Positions 53,989-64,000 of a stretch of 64,000 nt of DNA are shown here, in pieces. Under the pieces are notes generated by a model. The model was not told the origin of the DNA. It was given only the letters and a program-made list of their open reading frames with translations, and ran no database searches. Numbering within the stretch: the stretch's first letter is position 1; each line of letters starts with the position of its first letter. The stretch lies in NCBI RefSeq assembly GCF_009914755.1, contig NC_060927.1; one strand, given 5' to 3'. The translations under genes and the position numbers were made by a program. This DNA is from the human T2T-CHM13v2.0 reference genome, Homo sapiens.

Positions 53989-55136
53989 TGTTAAAAAGAA
54001 AATCTAGATGGTCACTCTCCTTGACTAAATTGTAAGCACTTTGATGGCAGGAATTCTATCACATACTTAGGTATCAAAACTGTTTCTCCTTTGAGGGGGT
54101 CCAGGATGCAGTGACCATGTCTCTGTTGCTCACTGTAGTATCCTCAACATTGTTGTATCCAAAGTGGGACTTTGTATCTTTTTTCTTCAATTTGTTTTCC
54201 TCAATTGAGGTCAGTCTGCAAAAATAGGTAGCAGCCACCGTGAGTATCCAGGGCCTCGTGCTAAGTGATCTCTCTGCAGCTGTGCTTTGGTTTGTGGCTT
54301 CAGCAGCCCAGCCCACGTCATCCCTCCTCCCCTCGCCCTAGTGGGAGTGAGTGATCACCAGTGACCTGTCGCCTATGTGTGCCCTCTTCTGAAAAATGAG
54401 GTTTCCTCCTCAGAGTTGCATAGTCCTTGAACATGGGCTACTTCCTTGGTGGGAAGATGTGGCTGTGTCTGAAGGATTGACACAGGAGAGATGAGTACAG
54501 TCAACGATAGGCCACTGCAGCTGCACGGGAGAAAACTGGTTACAGGTGGGGAAGCACTTTGGGTTTCTCAGCTAGTCATCTCTGAAATGGAATATTTTTT
54601 AACGATCTTTTGCCCATTGCTCTGTGGTGGGAAATTGATGAATATAAGCTAATGTTAAGACACATGAATGAAGTGTTTATTCAGGGTATAGGAAGGTAGA
54701 GATTGCCATTTTTCTCCTCCAGCAGTCACGATAAGCAGCTCAGGCTTACTACTTAAGCATTTGTTATTAGGGGGCATGCAGAAGAAGAGTTGCATATCAT
54801 TCTGTCCTTCCACAAGCTTTTATTAATATTGAATGTCTACTATGCTCTAGTCAGTATACTAAGGTGGTTCCTGCCTTCATAAAGCTCACAAACTAGTGAC
54901 TGTGACCCTGCCCGCCCACCCACCAGTATCTTAAGCAAACACTCTATGACACCTTGTTGTCCATGTGGTATGACTGCTTGTGATATTTTTCATCTAGCTC
55001 TCTTATAGGGCTTCTATATTGCTAGATGGCCCTAGGTCAAGATACAGTTCAATGATCTCACTTGAGTTGTAATATTTAGACATGTCTCATGGAGTTTCAT
55101 TATTTTAAATATATTGATGCCTTCTATTGTATACAG

Positions 55137-55321
55137 CAGAGGTGAGCAAACCCAGCCTGCTGCCCGCATTTGTAAATAAAGTTTTACTGGAACATGGACA
55201 TACCCATTTATTTATTTACTGGTTGTTTGGGGGGTATAACGGAGTAGCTGAGTAGTTGTGACAGAGACCAGGTGGCCCACAAAGCTGAAAATATTGACAC
55301 ACAAAATGTCACCGACCCCCA
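55137..55321 (+). mobile_element. MER58A-like hAT MITE
   Basis: ttgtaaataaagttttactggaaca...tgagtagttgtgacagagacc...ggcccacaaagctgaaaatatt. Confidence 0.8.
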
Positions 55322-55989
55322 CGGTGTACACAAAGCAACAATTATCCAGCATTCCGAGTGAGTGTGTGTGTGTGTGGGAGGGGGCTTGATTTGTTTTAGA
55401 AAGACCATTAAATGTATCCTTACAAGATAAAACTGGTCCAGGTGAGAATGACACCAGACGTGTGGAATGAGTCAGTTTTCTTCCCCCTGTCTCATGCTAA
55501 GCTTTTCTTACTGTTCATTCCTGCCTCTCTGTACAGAACTTATGTATGCGGCATGCTCTTTGGGAGAAAGGCATATGTGGGCAGAAGGAAGTGAGGTGGG
55601 AGGAGGAGTTGTCCCATTCTGTTAACCAGTAGTGAGAAATACTGTTTACAGGCATAAGCTATAGACATCAAAAGGATGGGGATGGACGGGGGAGGAAACT
55701 GAATGGGCCTTTCTTAGGCTAGTTGCCAGCACCCATCAACCACTTCAGGCTGGAAGGAAAAGGAAACAAGAGGAGTGGTTTCTATAAGCTCATAAACGGG
55801 GACATTGACAGAAGAGCCTATTCCCCATTTTCAGCCTCTTAATGATCTCCTCACCCACGCAAACGCATACATGCACACGTATCTGTTAAGTGACAGAACA
55901 CCTGGGACCTTAAAATTCACTTCACTTCAAGTGTTTGCAAAAGGTTTTCCCAGTATAATGCATTTTAAAATACACAGCATAATATGAGG

Positions 55990-56240
55990 CCCCTGGAGCA
56001 GTCAAATTCATGGAGACAGAAAATAGAATGGTGGTTGCCCGGGGCCGGGGGGAATGGGGTTAGTGTTTGATGGGGATGGAATTTCACTTGGGGAAGATAA
56101 AAAAATAGTTCTGGAAACAGATGATGGGGATGGTTGCACAGCAGTGTGAATGTACTTAATGCCACTAAACTGTACGCTTAAAATGGTTACAATGGTAAAT
56201 TTTATGTTATGCATATTTTACCACAATTTTTTAAAAAAAC
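55990..56240 (+). mobile_element. L1MB-type 3' end
   Basis: gtcaaattcatggagacagaaaatagaatggtggttgcc...aatgtacttaatgccact...ttaaaatggtta. Confidence 0.85.
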
Positions 56241-56531
56241 CAAACTCATCAGCCATGTAATTTGCAAAGATCAGAGCGGCAGTGGCAGTATTCAGATTTG
56301 GAGATTAGGACTCTTGTTTAGAACCTACATTTCCCCTATATTTAAATTTAAAGTGGCTTCCTCTAAGAATTCAGAGTTCCATTGTATGCAATTAAAAAGA
56401 TAGCTACTGAGCAATTAAAAAAATACACAGCACATAAGTTCTGCCACAGAAGGAGATAACCTAATGAGAGTTAGGAAACATGGCACGGTAAGCTGGCCTT
56501 TCTTGTTTTTACCTCTAGAAGTGACTCAGTC

Positions 56532-56556
56532 TTTTTTTTTTTTTTTTTTTTTTTTT
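56532..56556 (+). repeat. T25 run forming the polypyrimidine tract of the penultimate exon
   Basis: 25 consecutive T, ending 14 nt before the exon. Confidence 0.95.
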
Positions 56557-56570
56557 AATGTGGATTCTAG

Positions 56571-56732
56571 GAAAGAAACCTTGACTGGTTCCCCAGGATG
56601 AGAGCCATGTCATTGGTCAGCAGTGATTCTGAAGGAGAACAGAATGAGCTGAGAAACCTGCAGGAGAAGCTGGAGTCCACCATGAAACTTGTCACGAACC
56701 TTTCTGGCCAGCTGTCGGAATTAAAGGATCAG
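56571..56732 (+). CDS. ITPR1: ITPR1 penultimate coding exon ([15 protein letters not shown]...LSELKDQ), C-terminal coiled coil with RxRxxS Akt motif
   Basis: ttctag|GAA...CAG|gtaaag; 162 nt, phase 0-0; RMRAMS serine codon at 56610-56612; terminal exon (MTEQRK...) not seen in window. Confidence 0.97.
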
Positions 56733-57318
56733 GTAAAGAAAGAAAATCCCAGCGCCTACCCTCCCATCACTATCCCCACCCACACCCACTATCACCACAC
56801 CAAATCTGATGAGGAAAATCAGTAGTGCTTCATCTAGATGGAAAAGGGAGCCAGGTAACAGGGGACAAACCCACTCACTCCTCCAGTCTCCTCACCCCAA
56901 TCCCCTTCACTGCCCTTTTCCAGGATAAAGCCATGGTGCTACTTTCAGTGCCGCTCAGGACATGGTTTTAATATGAAAAACAAAACCAAAAAAAAGGAGG
57001 GAAATGCAGACTACTTCAGTGAAGTACTGTCCAAAAACCACTATGCATAAAGCCATACCCTTTTTACTTTATGTACTGTGGAAGATTAAAAGCTGTTTCT
57101 TGTTTTGCTTCCTAGCCCTCAGACTTGTCAAATCCTCACCCCATATATTTAAATTCAGCATCCTAGGCTAAACCATAGTCATGGAAAAGCCCTTTTGGTT
57201 TCATTCTTTTCTCAGTGGCTTACTGAGTGGCTATCATAGTACAGGAATTATGCCAGGTGCTGGGGATAAAACAGTGAACAATATAGACATACTCCCTGAT
57301 CTCACAGGCCTCAACCAT

Positions 57319-57414
57319 CCACAGAAATACTGCCTGCACCCTGCTTCCTATCCGTAAGATAAATGCTTCGCCCTTATCTTATGGATAGGAAGCAGGATGC
57401 GGGCAGTACTGTGG
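57319..57414. repeat. Long inverted repeat (35-bp arms, 11-nt loop, 6-bp extension)
   Basis: 57328-57362 vs reverse complement of 57374-57408: 32/35 identical. Confidence 0.95.
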
Positions 57415-57420
57415 GCAGAA

Positions 57421-57453
57421 TTTAAATTGGAAACAGGCAGTTTCCAATTTAAA
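57421..57453. repeat. Perfect 14-bp inverted repeat with 5-nt loop
   Basis: TTTAAATTGGAAAC-aggca-GTTTCCAATTTAAA. Confidence 0.95.
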
Positions 57454-58842
57454 GTAAGTTGTAGGGGACATGTTTATACAAAACCGTGCGTACTCTTTTT
57501 CTGCCCTTTTGACTCCATTAAAATGAACATGCCACAGTCACCAGGTGGTTATCTAGTGATAGGATGCAGCTGTGTATTAAGGACTTGTACCCTGGGTGGT
57601 GAGAAGACCCTGATTGGTTTTATTAGTGCATTTCTGTAAGTGACTGGGATAATCATGTTCAGTTCAGCATTTTATGTGAGTTTCTGAAAGCTCTTTAATC
57701 AACTCCATAGACAAGATTATAGTGTTGCACAGCAATAGGCATGGGCCATGTCTGCACTGGAGGTAAGTTGCAAGGTACACCCACGGGTGATTTATCACTC
57801 TTACAAAGATGATAACTAATGAAGACCGCATCTAGAATGCTCTTACTGGAGATGGTTTACAGAGCATTTTTAATCATCATACTTAGATTTATATTAATAT
57901 TTCTTTTCAAACTAAATTATTCCAAACTGTGCCCTGAGATACCATTTGGCCTCAAGTTCTTTTCTTTCGTCTGTATTAAGGTGCAAATAAAAAAGACTAG
58001 TAGGAAAAGAAGGCCTTATTTATGAAGGTTGTCTATAGCTCTGAGCTTGGTAGCTACATAAAATGAGTAATAACCTAAATAAGTAAAACTAATGAAGATC
58101 TAACTAGATTACTTTGCTTAATATTAACATTTTACCCGCCCCCCGCCGTGAAACATTTGGCAGATGTTCTGCAGGACTCATGAGGACATTGGTGGCTACA
58201 GCTGCTTCTGGCACTGCCCCCCCAACCCCCCAGTGAGGTGAACTTCTTTACACATCCAGCAAGCTTTAGTTATCTTCTTCTCCCATTTGAGATAACTGTG
58301 GCTACAAGAATCTCAGTTAAATCAGATGTTTAAATTAGGTGCCAAAAAATCTTACAGACACTGAACTAATACTTAAATCAAGGAACACTTCAGTTCTCCA
58401 TAAAATCTGGTGCCATTTTCCAAAGAAACAGAGGATCTTTGTTTCACACCCGTGGTACTGGAATTGCAACAGTGAGGCATTCTAGCTCTCACATGCCAAT
58501 GCGAGTGGCATTCATTCTTGCTCACTCATTTCTGCTTCTCATTGTCACACTTGGAGGCTCTTTGGGGGTATGTTTCAGTTGATCTGAGAAACTGGGTGTT
58601 ACCAATTTACTAGAGAGTTTCTTAAAATGTATCTGAAACAAACTATTAATGGGCATTCTGTGGTGGTAAAACCAGGCAACGCCTCCCTACACTATCTGTC
58701 CTTTCAGAGCTAAGAATCTGTTATTTTGAATTGTTCACGAAGAGTGATTCTGACTCTGCTTCAGTGCACACTTTACAAACCATCGAGCCTCATCAAAGGA
58801 GTGAGTTGAGCTGAGGAATTAGAGTAAAGAATACAGGTATAG

Positions 58843-59134
<292 letters not shown>

Positions 59135-59825
59135 AAAGAATAGAGGTATAGGACAGTATCCGAGACTTCAGATGCCATCTCACCTCATTCCCTTATTTTC
59201 TTGATGAGGATACCAAAGGAGCCCAGAAGGTTCTTAGGCATTGCCAGGGCAGGAGCTCCTGATCATCCAGTCAGGGGTGTGTGTGTGTGTTTTTATTTGC
59301 TTTGTTATGTCACTGTACTGTTTGCCTTTCATGGTTGACTGTTTAAGTTCTTACTCTTTTTTTAAAAAAAAGCTTGAAGTTTCAGAAGTCAAGTCGCATC
59401 ATATACTTAAATGGTATGGAGGATACATTCATTGTCATTTTATACAAGTGAGCATAGTAGAGACTTGGCATTTCTAAAATCCAAGATAAGATTATTCTGG
59501 ATAAGCCAAAGTTTTAGTTTAAACAAAATATGTAAAATTTGATTACATATGGACTAAGGTTCATTAAGTGACATTAAAACCAGTATGGTTTAAACTGCTT
59601 GATTCCAGCCTTTTATGCATTTTTTATTTTGAAGTTGGCAGTTGGAACCACTCTTCAGAAAGCCCTTCCCCTGTGAATGAATTTGAACTGTTTTTTTTCT
59701 TGGAAGATATTATAAGTTAAAAAGAAGCATGAGAATCCAGTAGTACATTCTCAAGTGCTTTTACCAGGATTGATCTACTTAAGTTTTAAGGTACTCAGAA
59801 TTACAGGAAAAATTCAGCATAGCTG

Positions 59826-59862
<37 letters not shown>

Positions 59863-61254
59863 GGCAGGGGGATTTGCATCTTTTAAAAGGAAGTAGTCAG
59901 TGTTTTCTTTTGATTATGTAACGTCCTACAAACCTTTAATGCATTTGAGAATCAACTTGTTGAATAGATTTGAATTTCATTAAGTTTGGTTATAGCAATC
60001 ATAAAGGTTTAAAAACCCTTTATGTGCAAAAGATATTTAAAAATGCAGATATGTTACAGAGCTGCTCTTTCTTAAATAGTAATTGTGAGAATTCTTGCCC
60101 TTTGTGGGAAAAAATTTTGAATTAAAAAATAAAAGCTCCATGAATGATTAATGACCAAGAAATCTTGTGATATTTTTTAAAACAGCTATGAAAGAATACC
60201 ATTCACTAGTAAAAGTGCTAGAAAACACAAAAATTGCTCCATTACTTAGAGGTTTTTTTTGTTTTGTTGTTGTTGTTGTTTGTTTTAGATTTTCTGATTC
60301 AAAAACCAGCAGACTCGAGCAACGATAGCTTAAATGTGGATGACTTTGGTCTAAATCTTTACTGTTATTTACCTCTTTGATTGTTTCGTTATGTATCAAT
60401 CTGAGGGAAAAAAGTTCTTGTTAGGATATTAGTAAAATTATGGTTAGTGGTGTCACTTTTTCTATTATTGCCAAGAATGGTTGGTTAGGATTGCTATTCT
60501 AAGTATTATTTAACGATGCCTCTCATCTTGAAGTTTCCCCTCCCAAGAGATTCTGAACACTAAATGTGATTCTCTTACATTCTTATTCCAAGGAGGAGAA
60601 CTAATGTAAGAACTTAAAAATCTTTTGCATGTTTTCTTCATAATGCAAAAGAGCAAATACTAAGAAGGGCTAACTTTCTTGAAAATATGACTGGCTTCCT
60701 ATAGGACAGCGACCATTATTTGCTGTTGCTAGGAATACAAGAAGTGCTTGAAAATTCAGATCACATTAGCATGTTACAGCATTTGGCATTTTTCATACAA
60801 GAGGGTTATCTTGCTAACATTAACTGCTTAAGGACAGAAGGCATAACACAAGATTAGAATAACTGCCCAAAGTTGGAAAATGGAATATTAAACGACCCGT
60901 ACTGCATCTATGTTCCTTATACTGTGCTGGGACCACAAAAGAAGACTAAGTCAACATCTGCCCTCTAGATCCAGGATCTAGCAAGAAAGACAAAGAAGTA
61001 GACCTCTAGCAATCTGATACAGTATGAATGACTTGAGGCATGAATAGTTTCATGGAGCACAAAGAAGTAGGTAGGTAGTGGTCCTGTGTGAAGTTTGCAG
61101 TGCAGAAGGAGTTTAGCTTTTATAATCTTACAAGCAGGTGACTTCTGAGCTGGCAGAGAAATGCAGTAGGGGGCTTCCCAGGAAAGGAATCAGCATGAGC
61201 AACGGCATGAAAATGCATGGCATGCTCAAGGAATGGCAGTATGGTCTGGTTAAT

Positions 61255-61590
61255 TCCGTTCCTTCTTTCAGCCAACACATATGAAACACCTGTTTGCCAG
61301 GTGCGGCATTAGGTACTGGGGCTACAAAGATGAATAGATCCTCTTCTCTGCCTTCAAGAACTAAAAGTCTAGAGTGGGAAACAAGTAAACAGATCAATTA
61401 TAATTAAACTTGGTGAGTGTGTAACCGAGCTGTGAACACATTGCTCTGGGAATGGAGAAAAGGGAGTGATTTGTTCAATCTGATCTTCGGGAGAGGATTA
61501 GAGTAATTACCACAGAAGTCTTCTCAGAGGTGGTAATTCAGGAGCTTGGTTTCAAAGCCTGAGTAAGAGTTGGCCAGGTGAAATAGAGAG
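61255..61590 (-). mobile_element. L2 LINE 3' fragment
   Basis: tgccaggtgcggcattaggtactggggctacaaagatgaataga...ctgccttcaagaact. Confidence 0.6.
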
Positions 61591-62149
61591 AAACAGAGCA
61601 TTTGAGATCAACTCTAAGAATCTGAATTGTATCTATACATTGATAGTAAATCAACATATTTGTATTCAAGGGATGGTTTGGTTTCATTTCTCAGTATTTG
61701 AGGCTCATCATTCTGAACATGACTGATTTTATAGGGCTGTAGAAAATAACTGTGATTACTAGAATTTGCTAGCTGTTTAGAATCTGAGTAACCAAGACCT
61801 TCCTGTAACATGAAAGCAGCTTTTCAAAGACTATTAAGATGTGTTATAAACCAGAAATGTGGCATTTGTGTGCTGTCAATGAACTTTCCTTCCAGTGCCA
61901 GCCTTTAATCATTTAGAGGCAATACTGGTAGATTAAAATTTGCCCATTTCTACTGTATGCCTCGTGTTTTCATGAACAGTCTTTCAGATGTCTGGCTGTA
62001 TCTGACTTGTAAAGCTACACTATTCTTTGCTTCTTGTTTAGATGAGTCAAAAGGAGGAATGCTGAAATTCAAGCTAGTTTCTACATTTGTATAGATGTGA
62101 AGAACAGCATTACTACAACTGTTTATCCTTAGCTACATGGGAATTTTGA

Positions 62150-62671
<522 letters not shown>

Positions 62672-63229
62672 TAATGATGCCTTATAACAAGATATATAGA
62701 TAGTACGTGTGAATGTATGTAGGTGGGGTAGGTAAGTAGATAAGAAGAATTGAACTAATAAAACCAGAAATTATGTGAGAATATGCACTAAGAGGCTGGA
62801 GAAACCTAAGCGTCCAGAATTGTTGGCCTCAGTTTCTTATAGGTCAGATTTAGTCCTTCAGGGTTTTGAGGGGTTTTTTTTTTTTTTTTTTTTTGGTTCT
62901 CTTGTAATTGGATGATGACTGCTACTAAAAGACCAAACACTTTAGCAGTTGCCCAATTCCTTCTCCTTCAGCAGTCACTTAAATGGCAGTGATGTTGACT
63001 TAAATGACAGCCATTCTGTCTAAAAGGCCATGGTTAATCAAAAGAGTATCAGTCAAATGTGTGTGCCTACTATATGCTCAGTTGCAGAGAATCTTCTCCA
63101 AGAGCTTCCCTCATTTGAGAAAAATAATATATGTACACAAATTACTTTTTTAAAAAAAAGTGTTCAAGTATATACTCAAAATGATCTTGTCCGATTTTGG
63201 AGATTATCAGTGAAAAACCTCTTCTAGAG

Positions 63230-63408
63230 CAGTGGTTCTCAAAGTGTAGTCCCCAGACCGGCAACGTCTACATCATCTGGGAAATCGTTAGAAACGCAGA
63301 TTCATGGGACCTACCCCAGACCTACTGAGTCAGAAACTCTGTTTCTGATCTGTGTTTTAACAAATGTTCTGGGTGATTCTGGCGCATGCTGAAGTTTGAG
63401 AACCATTC
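63230..63408 (+). mobile_element. MER5A (hAT-Charlie MITE), full length
   Basis: TIRs cagtggttctcaaa / tttgagaaccattc; perfect 8-bp TSD ttctagag at 63222-63229 and 63409-63416. Confidence 0.9.
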
Positions 63409-63922
63409 TTCTAGAGAAACAGAAAAGAACATTAGATGTGTAGTTGGTACTTAAAATTATCAGGAATATGACTACCTGAGCAAAGAATTGGCCAATAACC
63501 CACATCAGTGGGGAGCCTTAAGGATAGGGACGGAGGGAGGGTGGGCGATGGGATCACTTATGAAGACAGATGAATAGGGCTGCTAACTGAGGAGGCATCA
63601 GGCCGCGGCTGTGGAAGTGAAAAGGAAGCCAGGCCACCAACTGAAGACTCCTTTGTTGTAAAGTTTCAGAGGTTTCTTCAAGTTGAAGAGAAAGACTAAC
63701 TGACAAATTGAAAAGTCAAGGAGAGCTGATGTAACAAACAGGGATGAAAATACGCATACTAAAAGGTCATCTCAAATACAAGTAGTTATTTAAAGCAAAA
63801 TTACAGGGGAAAAAAGTCTTAATGGCCAACTTTGACATTCAACTTTGAGTTGAAAGATTTCAGCAGCTTTAAATATAAGCTTTGAGTAAAGTATCCTTCA
63901 ATAAGGGTTGAGCAGACCAAGA

Positions 63923-64000
63923 TTTTTTTTTTTTTTTTTTTTCCAAGACAAGATCTCAGTTGCCCAGGCTGGAGTGCAGTGGCATCATCACTGTTCACTG
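63923..64000 (-). mobile_element. Alu 3' end (runs off the window)
   Basis: T-run then gttgcccaggctggagtgcagtggc. Confidence 0.88.

Noticed and set aside
59827-59857. Long poly-T (also 62874-62894) suggesting a retro-insertion tail
   Set aside because: No Alu, L1 or processed-gene body or TSD is adjacent; simple mononucleotide runs.

Overview
Primate (very probably human) genomic DNA lying entirely inside the 3' part of ITPR1 (inositol 1,4,5-trisphosphate receptor type 1) on the + strand. I traced 12 consecutive coding exons by hand (2472-56732; 1803 nt = 601 codons). All are AG/GT-bounded and the phases join without a stop. They encode the end of the cytosolic region, the whole transmembrane channel (GGGVGD filter, S6), the CxxC...HxxxxH zinc-finger linker and most of the C-terminal coiled coil. 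The final exon is not in the window. The rest is intron with about 17 Alus, old L1M/L2/MIR fragments, MaLR LTRs, hAT MITEs (MER1B, MER3, MER5A, MER58A), microsatellites and an 18-bp minisatellite. Almost all other ORFs in the track are repeat-derived or chance. No new protein-coding system is supported. The most unusual unexplained signals are: (i) a module at about 57.07-57.77 kb in the last intron, with a 35-bp-stem hairpin carrying GCGAAGC in its loop, a second perfect 14-bp hairpin, two good acceptors and five donor-like motifs (candidate structure-gated poison/decoy exon); and (ii) a minus-strand acceptor plus AATAAA that bracket the pore exon (candidate antisense terminal exon). Repeat family names are by eye and their boundaries are approximate.
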